A stretch of DNA of 64,000 nucleotides from Tubulanus polymorphus (taxonomy: Eukaryota > Animalia > Nemertea). Shown here one piece after another: positions 13,401 through 27,900 of this stretch; the first letter of the stretch is position 1; every line of letters starts with the position of its first letter. The stretch is from contig NC_134029.1 of the NCBI RefSeq assembly GCF_964204645.1, forward strand, positions 23,182,950-23,246,949, given 5' to 3'. The notes beneath the pieces were generated by a model. That model was not told the DNA's origin. It saw only the letters and a program-made list of their open reading frames with translations, and did not search any database. A program made the position numbers and the translations under genes.

Positions 13401-16400
13401 TTCAGAATGTTCTGAATTTAGTAAGTCTGTTCTAGATTTGTCCTTTCCATTTTAGAACAGACTAATTTAGACTAACTAGAAATACTGATCCAGGTCCGTT
13501 CAGCCCATTTCTCTTGTGTTCGTTTGTCAATTACAGTAATCGTCTCTGGCTGGACCAGTAATAACAGCTCATTAAGAAACCTGTGTCAATTGATTTGGTC
13601 TGTTCTTAATTCGTCCAAACCAGGTACCGAGGGGAAGGACAAATTAGAACGGGCTAACTAGCGATAATGTGAACGCGGCTTAAGAGCTTGTCAGTTTGAA
13701 AATACTTACAACACTCATGATCATTTCTGTTCTTGTTGAACGCATCTAAAAGGGATAGTCATCAGGTTGCACATAATATATAAACGATAAAACCACTATT
13801 AAAGCTAGGACAATTACAGGATATTTTTAGATAGCTGTTTCGAAAAGATTCTGATTACACCTGAATTTAATCTAACGATTGAACACTATAGAAAATGAGG
13901 CTTTAGTTTTGATTAAAAACATTGAATAGATGTTGCATGATGTGGATTAAGGGGAAGGTCATTCCAAAGAGTGGCAACGTATGTCCTTCACTTAAACATT
14001 CACAGGGTACAGCAGCGCTATAAACCTTGGCTAAAACTGAACAAATGATTTCGGTATTTTTCCACTGGGCCTTGCCCTGCGCGTATGATACAGATTTCAC
14101 ATTCTGTAATATCACTCTTATTAAACTCAATCGTTTTAATCGCACCCTGGGAACGGGCCAGCGATATATCAAAATTAATATGTATATATATCGAAATACA
14201 ATTCATGCAACACGTGTGCGCGATAAGCAGCTGTAAAATCGATGAATAGGCTGCTAGTGGCAAGGGGTAACTATGGTTATAGCCAAGTAATCTAATTAAA
14301 TCATTTAGCCCCTTTACCAATCATATGATTAAAAACTGATCGTCAATAGCGTAATTTCAAATAATGTATTTGATAGGTTTACTGTGATATTCTGAGTGTA
14401 ATTGGAAAGTAGGATTTTTTTCCGACATATACTGCATAATGCTGCATGATTTTACATATTGTCTTCAAAATAATTTTCAATGCCCTGTTTTTCAATGTAC
14501 TTTTTTGGAGACAGATTTTTCCTCAATTGCCATGATCGAAAAGTCTGCAGTCTCATCACAGTTTATTACTAGTTGTTCCAGTCGAGTCTCCAGTAGTAAC
14601 TTTAAACATCCATCTATTTTCTGGTCATCGATGTTACGACATATCTCTTAGCACTAGCAAATCTGGGATCGTCACGCGAGTGTTAATATGATGCTTGTTA
14701 GGAGAAGCCTTTATATTCAAGGTATGTCACGTTGTGTCATCTACGCCATCAGTGACCTTTTGCGACAGACATGTAAAGTTCCATGATCCTTCTGATCAGA
14801 AAACATGTCTTCCAAATGCTGCATGCTGAAATTCAGAATGAGAGGAATATGTGAGGTTACGACACAGAGGTTTTGACCGTTCCGAGCAAATTTTTGCCCT
14901 TGTTAAAACAGGTACTGAGCCATTTGGTACTGGTGTAAATGGTTGGCCTGGAAACAGAGCAAATTCGGCCTGAGTCAAAGATACCTGCGTCATCACAACT
15001 TAGTTGTGTATTTCAGGTTTTAGAACAGTATATTGTAATAAAAATCAGACTCGTTTGTAGATGAGTTAGTGGATGCATGATTTTCTTCGCCCGTTCTAAT
15101 ATGTGACATCATCTCACCCGCTACAGTTCTATATCCATCAATAATCCTGTGGAAATAAGCCTCACACTCGGCTTCATACGAGGATGATCGTAAAATCATT
15201 AATATTCCGCAGATGAGATCTTCTTGAAGGGCAGAGGTTGCTCGAATGAAAGGCGTGCGTCAAATCTGGCAAAATATTTTGATCAGTTTTTGCCGTTCCG
15301 CGTAATTGTGGCGGCGCTTCGGGATAATGAGCTATGATGAAGACACTCGAAACAGCTTCATTCGCTCTGACGTAAATAGACGAAGCCAATTTGAGAAACT
15401 ATTTCGGCTGAAAACCCACGAAACGTTACATCAATTTCAGATAGAGCTTCAAACATTTTGGAGAAAATAATTCTGGATATTCTTAGACGGATTTGGTCTA
15501 TTTTTGGTACGTGAGAAGCCTGTTGAAAGTGGCTGTACCTACTCACAGAATTGTCCTCTTATTGCTCATTTACCTTGATAACTAGCACCCAGTTTTGCGT
15601 ATGTAAACTATTTTTATTTGTTTCCTTAGTTTTTAGCATTGATTTTTTCAGAACTTATAAAGCTTATTGGTAAAACCTACCGCATCAATAACGTCAGATA
15701 CTATCGGGTTTTTCAAGTGATACGTGTGCAGTAGACCTGGCACTCAACAGTTTCAAGCTCTCTTCATGACGTATCATTTATTAATGTATCTCAATATTTT
15801 TCCAGTTTATCAGTTATTGGCTCTTCAGTTAGATGCTCTACTAGATGCTCTACAATTCGTATTTGTTGTGAAGTTCTGATAATTGAAAGAACTCAGCTGT
15901 ATATGATATGTAATGCATTTATTATTCCGACGTTAACTGATACTGAATTGGCAGAAAAGTTGAAGTTGATCATTTCGATCGTATGTTGTATAAAAATTGT
16001 TATTCTTCAAGAATCTTTCCTAAGATCACTACCCGCAACTTATTGATCGATGAAAGGAGTGTTTCAGTGTTGGCCTTCGGTTTGAGGTCGCGAATGATAT
16101 TGAAGGTAATGAAAGGATATCCTGGTTCACATTTGACATTTATCGCTATAAATGTCTCAACCTTTACCGTGAATAGGTAATCGATTCACTTCCTTTCATC
16201 CGCGTGATGTCGCTAGTTTCACTTGAGTGTTATATCTTATTTTTTGGATCCAGCTCCACAAGTGTCTGAGAATTTGACCATAAAGCTGGGCGTACTTGCA
16301 GCGACTTGCTGCGATCACCAGCGATGATGATGTCGTCAACCTCAGCACACTTGTGACAACGCAATGAGTCGCGCATATTCAACTGCAATGCTTCCAGTCC

Positions 16401-19400
16401 TGATGCTGCTCTAGATTTAAGACCATCTTTATTCTATAACCGAGCTAACAACTTAAGTTCAGTCTTAAGAGTAAAGACCGCTTTTAGACTTAAGTCCTGA
16501 CTATGAAACTGGGTCCTGTGGCCGGTTGCATAGTCACGGCTTAGACTTAAGAACAGTCTAAGACCAACTCAGTTCTATAGCCAATCTAAGAACTTAAGAC
16601 AAGTCTTAGGATTTAAGACCACTTTTGGACTTAAGTCACTGTGACTGTGCAACTGGCCCCTGGTTACAAAGTACTGTGGATGAACATTAGATAAAATCTT
16701 AATCAAATTCATCAATTGTTGATGTTGTAATTATTGAATTGTTTCCGCTTCAAGGTTCTAGATATAATTGAAACAATCGCTTGTAGATACGTAATGCATT
16801 CACGGATATCTTCGATTGTCGTGTATTGAATGCGAGACGTGACATTTGAATAAATCAGTACGTGTTAACTGCGTGTAGCTGTATCGATGCTGCTGCGCTG
16901 ATGACGTCAACAAACAACGTCGATATCATCAATACTTAGTTTCATAAGAGAGAATTTACCTCAACTCGTTCTCAATACGTGGTATAACTAACTGTGGGAA
17001 ATACCAGTTTCAGTTCTCATAGTTCCCGCTGCAGCTGATATCTCTCATGATATCGCCACATGCCTGCTCAATAACTTTAAGCCGCAACTACACGAGCTCT
17101 GATAAAGCCAACAGTTCGCAGGGTGTGTATTTGTTTGACACATGCCAAATTAGGCCGGACCCAAGATGTCGTATCGGGACTCGTGCCAAATCTTGGCTCA
17201 CTTGCCACAGTATCATTCTGATAGCATTTCAGTAACGAGTGATTGATTTACGCTCTCTCATTAAGCACAGGCCAAATTTGTGGATCGGACCAGTTTTACA
17301 CAGACCAAAATTCGTCTTCATGTGATCACGTGGCTTCGATATACTAATATATAATAGATGCAAGTTGATGAGTTCTTTCAAAACGAGATGATCTAAAGCT
17401 AGGTGCTCCGTTTGAAACTGGAATCTAGTTTCTCCGTACAAAAGAATCTAATCAGGTCAGTATCGATTCAGCAGTAATTTACTGTGGTAGTTATTTCTTA
17501 CTGATCTACAGCGATCAATCTATACCTGATCTAATAAAACACTGATCGATCAATAACTAATCAGCGTTCAGTGAATTCATCCATGCACGGCCTTACTGCA
17601 ACACCCTCATTACCCTCGCTAAACTACAATATCACTCGATAGAAACGTTACCGAGATTATCTGTGTCCCGAATTGGGATCACACGATAGTCAGATGACTC
17701 GGGCCACGCCCGTGCCTAAACGTTCTCGCGTATATCACTGATTGAAATACTATCATAATGATGCTGTGGCAAGTGAGGTTAGAACTAGTTAGCATTCATT
17801 AAAAAATAATTTAGCACCGCCTTGGCACGCCGTTTAGCCTGTGTGATTGGTTAGCCCGGGGCTTATCTTGCAGGGGTCAAATTTGGCACAGGTCAAAAAT
17901 GTAATGATATGTATAAAGCATCTTATTTCAATCAGGGAAGTAAAAAACTACACCAGGTCACAGGTCTTGTCATATAAAGGGGTCATTCTTTTCATGACTA
18001 AATGATGATTCTGTCTAGATCCGATTTTTTGTATCTGATCTGTCGTGTTTTTAACGTCGTCGGCGCGGGGATTGCGTTTGATTATGAATTCTTCACGGTA
18101 TTCGAGAGGTGCTCTGTGTCGGCACGATTCGCCGACAGGAATAATGACATCGACACGATCGGAAGACACATTGTCTGTCGCACGGCGGCTTGTGACTTGA
18201 TCTACGTCATCCGATATATGTCTAATTTCTCAGAAAGTTTCCTTCCATCACTGGTGGCTATAGACACCGCGTGTTACAATACACAGTATTGTTTCATAGT
18301 GATTCAGTTATAATAACGTGTACTGTCTTTACATCATCTGATCAACAACACCTTCTATTGTCTACCGGGATGATACTAATTAATTTGTGTTAATTAGCTC
18401 GTTATCGATGCTAATAACGATTATCGAAGGTCACATTTACATCACCTTCATCTGCGGGAAGCACGAAATAAGACCTAAAGCAACTTCAATCGTTGTGATT
18501 AAGGTCTCTCAATCTTCACTTGACGTGTGGGACGTAGTGGCTCGTCTTCGATATCAACTTAAATGAATTATCTCAATGCTTTCGTTCATTTCAATGGTTT
18601 TCTCAAATATATATAACCTAAGCGTTTAGATCTGATCTGATACCCTATAGGACCATCTGTGAAACTTTCTCCTTCAGGTTGAATCAAAAGTAGCCTGTCT
18701 ATCTTTCACATTGATATTTCGGTCATTATGAATTGTGGTTGGTAGATGTTGTTAGGTCAGTTGTAGGCTCAGACTGTCTGATGAGCCTAATTAGGGAACG
18801 TGTCTGATTTTATTCATTGCACTGCGAGTTCATTGTCTTAGAAACACATCCTATGATCAGTGTTGATACTTGGAAACTGATCAGGGTGACGTAAATGAGG
18901 TTATTTAGTGACACAGCACTGTGGCGCTACTATCGACCTCTCTCTCTCTCTCCCTCTCGTTCTCTCTCTCTCACTGTCGAGCAGTTATTGATGCTCAGTC
19001 AGAGCTGTGGATAAGACACTCGTGCGCTTACTTCTTAATTATGACCGTCGGTCGGTATCGCATCTGTCCGAAAATATTTAGGTAAGACGTTTTTTTCACA
19101 GTCGACTTCGTTTCATCCAGTTGTCTTACGACAGCTTACTTTCTTTTAGAAATGAAAAAGTTCATCTTTTAATCTTCTGTAGGTCTTTATATCAATGATT
19201 GAAGTGGTATTATTTTGTAGAATTCTTCGTAATCGCTGGTTTCATTTTCGTTCAAATCTTTGCTTCAAAGTTTCGATTTGATGATTCGTTATTTGCTCGG
19301 CTGCTTACGATATCTATTTAAGTCTTTTATTCGAGTCTTAAGATTTTATATGATATTCGATCGTTGTTTTGGTTTGTTATGATTTTATCGTATTATTGCG

Positions 19401-21886
19401 AATAATTGATTTCTAGGTGTCGTTATTAAACGAGTTGAACTACGTTTGATCAATTTGAAACGTTGTAATATTATCATCGATCGATCGCCGCACAAACAGC
19501 TTCTACGCCTGTAGCAAGTTTTCTGAATATTGTTTTTGTTTTTCCCATAAAAAAGATAAACAAACTTATTTCGTTCCTTGTCAGCAAGTATTACTAAAAC
19601 ATTTTTGAACCTCCAAACGTTGGATGAATTCGCTGTTTCATCTTTCAAACATATGTCTCGTCCACACATCACGGTTAGTCTGTTCTAATTTAGCTCGTAC
19701 TTGGAACAATCCTATTGAGCGCCGACCAAATCAATGTTATGCACTCACACATTGTTTTTAAATCAGCTGTTTTCACCGGTCCAGTTAGACACAACACTGC
19801 GATTGACAGACAATTAAAGCAGAGTTTCTATCAATCACGTGCAGAAATTTCAAATCTATTACTGGATCATCTCTTAACCCTTTCAGTGCGGACTAATTAC
19901 TACCCTATAGTGCTGGAGATAATTTGAACATTTTGAAAAATTCCACCCTAGTGTGTTGAATAACGGGAATACGACTATAGTGCGTCTACACTGTGGTGCG
20001 ATGTATCGTTAGTTACTAATATCTCACTATGTTTGACAGGTGCTGCCATTTTTCAAGAGGGATAATTAATAATTACTAATGACATCAATACACCATAGTG
20101 CGGTGTACAAGCAAATCTATCACTGATTTATACACTGCACTGCAGTGTAGACGCACTGAAAGGGTTAATAAGTCCTTTTTAAAATCGGAAATGAGCAATT
20201 CATAACGAACATTTTGTTAGGGTTCTAAGTTTGAAGGGACTAAGTTTAGAACGTTCTAAATTAGGTAGATTGTTTATATAATGTCTATGGTTATTCATCA
20301 GTGGGGTCTCAGAACAACTTTGATTTATTGACTATTGATAGTGAATATTTGGCTGAACTGCAACTGACACCAGTAATACCAGTAATACACCTCGGGGTTT
20401 GGCATCGGGTACCAGGATCGATATTCAGTTTTTATATTTAGATAAGATCGATGACCTGTCTTCGATGGATAAATTTGTAGCTCGCCGGATAAATATTTTG
20501 GCATTGAAAATCGGCGGCAGAAATACAGCCGCGATTTCATTATCTTCATACACTTCACCATCGACGACGATGCCCATCCGTATCCGGTCATAAACCGTCT
20601 GATCGCGAGTTGTAAATTCGATGTCGTTGCTGCTCCTGATGTTTGCGAGGGTTAAAGTAACGGAATTATCCATCAAGTAAACTGTCAATAGAAGAGAAAT
20701 CGAAGATTAAACGATGACGATTTGAGTGGAATTTCTCGGTACCATTAATGATAAGTTGTAGAAATTAGTCTCATAAAGTCGATAGCGCTGTCTATTGAAT
20801 TCCGCTGTCTATTGCGTCCTAGTTTTGATACATCTTGTAATTCCATGTAAAAACTATTTCTTAAATCATCTGATCGTATGACGTATTTTCTAATGCGTGA
20901 ATCTTCCTACATGAATTGCGATTCCGTTGAAATGCTCCCACTTTCTGTTGATATTAGTTTGAACGTTTTCGGGTGAGACAGGAGCGAGGTTTCCTCGAAG
21001 GATGTAATTATAGGCGAGCGGATTTCGTGAGATGCTACGTGTATGTGATTCTATTCACTCGTTCTAATACCGACCAATTTTATGCGTTCGTGTTATTCGT
21101 CCGATTCGAATCTTACAGTTGGGGATTTATCGACTTGTTGTTCGTTCGGTTTCAGGGTCAGTCACGTAACTAAAACAGATTCCTTTCATTGCTCGCTGCG
21201 TCGTGTTCGTGTTGACGCATTTAAAGATGATTATTTGTCATCAGTCGTTCTTTAAATTGCAAACTGACAGCATTGATGTTTTCTATTCCTGATGGCTTTT
21301 CGCATCCTGTCACTCTGTTAAACAGTAAAGCCGTGTGCAAACCGCAATATATGAACCTGCTGAAACATGAGAAACAGAAACAACTTCAATAAAAACTTCA
21401 CTTCTGATTGATTAATTTGTCTCCTTGTTCTGGATTTTATACATATATTTGATAGTTTAGTTGTAAGTTTGATATTCATGAAGATGACTTCATATTAGGA
21501 TATAGTCAAAATAAGCTGTAACTCTAGGAAAATCATTTCCAGACTCGTTTGTAATGTGGGATTCTATCATATATTGTTAACTTTGACTTGTTTGTTGTAT
21601 CAGGGAGGTGTTCACTCCCACTTCCCAGGCTATACACAAAAACATGAAACAATGTAATTTGATCACTGATAGGCTGTATCCTTCGATACTTGTTTCCTCT
21701 AGAATGCCATTGCAAAACCTTGCAAAATGCAACAGACACTATTTTCCAGTATGAAAACATTTTCAGTGAACATGGATCAATACTTTCACAGACGACATTT
21801 ATTTTGATCTTCATCGACAGAAATTTCAAACTTTAAATCTATGTCCGAGGTTTAGGGGGTTAAATTTGTATTGAACATAACGTCAT

Positions 21887-21924
<38 letters not shown>

Positions 21925-24900
21925 ATTGATAAATTCATCTATTTATATTGATATATTTCAGAACATCTCGTACAGCACCGTCAACACCTGAAGCAGAAAT
22001 CAAACATATCCTCAGCGGTGACAGTCGTTCATCACTGATCAATAATGTAGATAATATGGACTCGCATAAAGCAAAAAGCAAAACGTAAGTTTTAACGAAT
22101 TCTTTAATCGCGACAACGACAAACTTTTTCCCGATTGGAAATTTTTCATAAACGGTAGTAGATCTGCGAGTAAGTTTGTTAGCGATTGATTACGAGATTG
22201 TGCGGGGAGATGTTAGCTTGACCTTACACTGTAGCGACACCGGTGCATTTTATATTACATCAGTAAATGGACTTGACAGACCCTGTATCGGTCCCCGGGG
22301 TAAAATATGACTGATTCCTGGTAAACTGTTTTATTTTGTCACTTGTTGCGCTCTCTGACAGTAGAAGCTCTCCAGGGCGGAAAGAACATGGAAATAAGTG
22401 GAATAAATTGTTACATAGAAATATAAGCCGTGCGTTTGGGACCAATTTAGAACGGACCAAATCAATGTCGTGTGTGCACGTATGTTTTAAAATGTTATCA
22501 CTGGTCCAGCTCTTGTGATCGACGGACAATTAGAGCAAAGTTTCTATTCACACACAGAGAATTGGTTTGAAATGGACTGAATTTGGAACTTGCTTTAAAT
22601 AACGCAGTAATAATATTTACTGTTATACAGAAGTTTAGTTCATGTCGTGATGGCTTTTTTTGGTTTTTGCATTTGTAGACCGAGTCCAGAATTGAACAAT
22701 CGCATCCGCAATACCTCCGGAGATTCACCAATCATGAACAAACACCGAGCGCATGACAAATTCCATAAATTGTTCCGCAACGTACCAGAAGATGAGGAGG
22801 TCATCAAACGTAAGTTTCAGTCGTAATCAGTGTGACATCTATACCTCGCGATACCTCGGGCTACCTCGCGATACCTCGCGATACCTCGGGCTACCTCGCG
22901 ATACCTCGCGATACCTCGGGATACCTCGCGATACCTCGCGATACCTCGCGATACCTCGCGATACCTCGCGATACCTCGCGATACCTCGCGATACCTCGCG
23001 ATACCTCGGGCTACAGCCGGTGTAGAGAAATGTATAATTACTACTTACAACGTCTGACAACATAATCGCATTGAACGTGATGACATTCCGTGTAAAAGAA
23101 TCGTCTCTAAGCGTATCGATCTGATCGTTATAAACGATCAGTTGTAATCTGTGAAGTAGAACAGAAAACGCGTCGAGATTCAGTGTTGTATCAAGTCTTC
23201 TTTTTATACTCCTGTCCCTGTTTTTGGGATATTTCACGCTGTTTTGGAGTAAATATTTGGAATAGGTCTAAAAGTCACATTATTGTTATGCATTTTAAGA
23301 CTTTTTTAAATGCACATGGAGCAACCGACTTTAGGGATGGGCCGGGTCATGGGTTCGAACCCCTTACATTACCAAAGTGTCCCCGGGCAAGACACTTACC
23401 CTCATTGCCTCTCTCTACCCAGCAGCAAATGGGTACCTGGCCTGATAGATGATTCCCAAGCGCTGAGTAGAGTTGCTCGGATGTTACATCTCCTCGGGGA
23501 GAGATGACTACATGGTTAGAATTAGATATACCGGGTCGGCTTGGGTAGAAATTCCAACTAATGGAAACATATATGTAAAGCGTTTTCTGAGCGTTCTGCA
23601 TAAGCCTCATCATTATTATATACTCCAAAAATTATGTGAAATAGGAATGAAAAAATAGAATTCATTAACTAGTGAATATGATGTATGAATATGGTATTTC
23701 TATATTTGCAGAATTCTCTTGCGCATATTTTGCTGATATCCTGCTGCAAGGAAGTCTGTACATCACACAAAACTGGTTCTGCTTTCATTCCAAGATCGTC
23801 GGCAAGAAAAAAATCGTAAGTCGTAGCCATAGTTACACGAATTCCCGGTTTATAATTCTAGAAAAGAAAAAGAATTTTTCGACTGACATTCTAGAATTGA
23901 ATAAGTCGTGTTGAGTGTTTCTAATGATGGCTGCCCAATGCCATTTATTCATTAAATGCCAGTCGCGCTTAATTCCGCTTCTCCTAGCCTGGTCGCCTTA
24001 GAGATACAATCAAATCAACTATCACCAGAGAAGCAGAAGTGACTGAAATAGAAGACCCGCTCGTGATAACACAACACGCAGCGTCACAGCACGTCTCAGA
24101 AAAAACATTATTTCAATGTACGAAAGAAATCCCACCCAAAGATGAAACCCATATTTCAGCTTTAGTTGCTTTCAAATGGCTCAATGCTTTAAACTTCTGC
24201 GTTTAAAGCTACACTGGATCTTCAGTGTCTAGCGCATAATCATCTACTTATTCTAAAGCATAAAACGATAATTCATCGTAGCGAATCTCTTTGTGATGTT
24301 GATGTTTTGTGTTTTATATTCAGATTGAAATACCGATTGAGAAAGTGGTCGACATCACACGCGAAAAAACTGCATTTATTATACCTAATGCTATAGGTGT
24401 AGTCACCGATACTGACAAGGTAAGTCACGATTGGGACAATTAGAAAATTAATCACTGGCGAAACTCTTGAATATCTTAAGATACAGAAAAGAATGCTAGT
24501 ACTCAATCATCAGATGATACCGCATCATTCGAAATGATCTAAATTCATTTGAATGCATATATATATGTATATATATATAAAACTGAAACTGATAAAAGAA
24601 ATTGTTGCTCTACTTTTCAAATGGAAGCCTCTACCCCCCCCCCCCCCCCCCGGTAATCTATCAATGTTGACAACTTATGTGCGTGTGAAGTTTTTTTTTA
24701 TATTTTTCTCGTGTGGCATTAATTAATTTTATTTCCAAGAAAACCTGGGTTCATACACTGTTGTATTCGTGCTTAATGATTAAAGATGCAGTCAGAAACG
24801 CCGGGAACAATGCGTACACAACAGGAAAGAACATTTCATACACGCTGATTAGTTTATTCATTGTAATTACGAAGCGTTTTTCTCGGAAAATTGGGCTCGG

Positions 24901-27900
24901 TCTTAGCAGCCGTAATCAACCACAACAAACACATCCACCGACAAAACTATCATCATTTATCTCTTAGTTCGACGTGAGCAACATGCGAAATTACGAACGA
25001 AAAGTGTCGTTGCCGGGATGTTGTGCCTGATCAGTAGATTGGTTGATTAACGTAAATTCGCGTAGTCTTTCAGTAGTTGATGAAATTTTCGCAGAAAATT
25101 AGTAGTAGCTATATATAGCTATTACAAAACTATAGCCGCGATCACGCAAGCACTTTTGGGCCAACACCTGTTCACACAGGTGCCAAATCGGCCCTACCAA
25201 ATTTTGGCATGGGTCAAATCATTGTGTGTTGACTGACTCACTTTGAGTATTGTTTAATATCAATTGAGTGACTAATCAGATACGGGCTTAATTTGGCTTG
25301 GGTCTGAGCTGTGCCAATTTGGCCGAATCATCTTGTGTGATCGCGGCTAATGTAAGAACTGGTTCTATTAATGGAGGGTGTAATATCTGTGGCGATATCT
25401 AGCGATATCATTGAGTTTGAATCTGTGTTTTGTATCAGAGTCTCGCGATACTACCAGGTTTGAATCTATACGAGTGACAATGCTTTTACTGCCTGCATAT
25501 TTCCACATTCAGCCGCTCCTTGTTAAGAGATGAAAGACGCATTTAGCCGCGTATAACCGAACGTATAACCGACCGACCGGAGAGACTTTCATTGATTGCT
25601 CGAAATTGGTTTATACGCGATTCCACTTATGCGGTTTTAGCCTAGATTCACGGTTGTGTGACTTATCGCTATGAGGTTCAAGGGCGCTTGAATCACCTTG
25701 AAATAGAAAATCCCAGATTTAATTAATAAGATTAATATGTGATTTACATTTTCAGTATGTGTTCGGTTCGCTGATATCGAGAGATAGTACATTCCGTATA
25801 ATGTTGAATTTATGGCGGAAGCACAATGGATGCCAGGTACGCATTACTTCCCTCCTCCCTCCCCCTGAAATCAATCCCCAGAACCAAACAACGCAACAGT
25901 GAAAACGATATCGTTGAAGTATGCCATTAATGTATTAATGCATAGAGACATTACTCAGTGTGTAGAAGATGATAGCCGACTCTATACAAATCTAAAAAGT
26001 GAAAAATCTAATTTATTTATCAAGAATTGAAGTCAAACGCAATGTCTTGGATTCTCTGTAGAGACCATCATCCGATGCCTTAATCTTTCATTTCAATTCT
26101 TGATGGATAAATTTTGTTTTTAATCTTTCAAATGTGTATAGGAATGTATTGTGGGTTATTATCTATTCTCCACGGCTGGTCTACCAAATTGCATTATAAG
26201 TTGTTGTTTTTTCGGAAACTCAATAAAAATGTTCACAGAGCCTTTATCATATTAGAAGCTGGGCCCGGGAAAAAATTACAACTGCAATTTGTAATGAGAT
26301 ATGCCATTAGGCAGAATATTCGCTCCCGATGGATTTCCGCTGCAAAATAATTTATAAAGTGAATTATTATAAGAGGATTGACAAATTAATTTCCCCCGTT
26401 GTGTGAAAACTTGTGAAACATCGGCGCGCGTACTAATTAGTAACAAGACACATCGGGATTATTGCGACTTGGTGTTTTCCGCTCTAGAGACTGAATTGAA
26501 ATATCAGCCGCCCGCGTGAATTCGAGAGTTTGACGAACGTTTTGACGTCATTCGATAGAAAAAGCGCCATCCATTATTCGTAAAGGACGAATCTAAATTG
26601 AAATTTATGGATCGCCCACGCAATAACGTGCGTTAATTTTGATAAATCGGCGACTTTGTAGTAGACATATCGAACGAACTTGAGAACTTCAAATCTCGAG
26701 AAATCTGAATTCATTTCCTGAATTTGAAGAAAACCGATCAATTTTGCGTCTGCTCTAGTTGTCACACGAGCGTATTGCCGCGTGTTCACACTGTGTTATT
26801 CAGCACAGTCTAAATTCATCCGTTCCAGACAAAGCAATTTAGACCAGCTCCAGATCCAAATCTAGATCCAGATTCATTCTGAATTTCAAAACAAACTATT
26901 TCTCTGTGTGTGTCTAGTGACAGTTATTGCCTGTCAATCACAGTATTGTGTCTAGCTGGACCAGTGATAACAACTGTTTTAAAAACATGATTGATTTCGT
27001 CCATTATTTGGTCGTTTTCTCGAGTGCAAGCCATCAAACAGTAGTGTTCGAATGCTCTTGATAACCTGGGCGAACATCGGTTATCGAACATAGTCTAAAC
27101 GAAACTGAATGTCAGTTAGTCGGAACTATAGTCTGGAAGTCGTTGACCACGCGATTGGTCGCTTTAGTTCTGACCAACTTCAAGATGGCTGTCACTGTGA
27201 AATGCGTTACAACTGAGACATAGTACATTCAGTTATCAGTTCCATTACCAGTCGTCTAACTACGCAAACCGAAGTTCCCTCTAGTATAACTCCTTGTATA
27301 ACAACGCGCGCTCACTTACCAGTGCTGCATTTCAGCTACGAACGATATCGATTTATACGCCGAGACGTTTATTTTACCCACAGGAATTTGTTGTCGAATG
27401 TTTTTATTCGTTTGATTGCTTCATCCGACTTCATAAGGGACGAGATGTAGAAAACACGGAGGATTGTTTGTCGCGTAGAACCACGATAAAGGAATGAAAA
27501 TGGATTGTAAACTCGGGTAGAAGTTTACTGGGTCTGATTATGATATACAATGAAATTCAATGAATGTTAGCTTCATTAATTCACGTTCTGTCCATTCGTC
27601 TTCTCCATATTCCGCAAATATTGAAGCAATTTCTCGGAAGTCTTCTCGGGTTTCGAAAGATGAATTTGATGGAATGTTTTTATGCTCTCTCCGTATTTTA
27701 GGCCGAGAGTAAATTTGCTGATTTGGACCCCTCTCTTCTTTCTCAAGGGGTAAGCTTGTCCTCGATACATCGGCATATATTATTATTATTATTATTATTA
27801 TTAATATTATAAGTACCTTAGTCTTCTTACCTTCGTATTTTCAATAGCTCAATAGTTTTCAATAGTTTTGTTGATTCACATGGGCATTTTATAACTGTTA

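Noticed and set aside
15328-15470. + strand peptide containing QFEKLFRLKTHETL, reminiscent of a GRAM domain start
   Set aside because: Only 47 codons, ending in a stop with no phase-compatible donor; the similarity is too short to support.
18769-18807. CTGATGA-GCCTAATTAGG-GAAC hammerhead-like word
   Set aside because: GAAA is incomplete and stem I does not pair adjacent to the core; at best a heavily decayed copy.
22753-23237. ORFs with PRDTSRYL / YREVSRG repeats
   Set aside because: Translations of the intronic 10-bp minisatellite.
23340-23365. tRNA gene
   Set aside because: Only a B box with no cloverleaf, followed by SINE core sequence.
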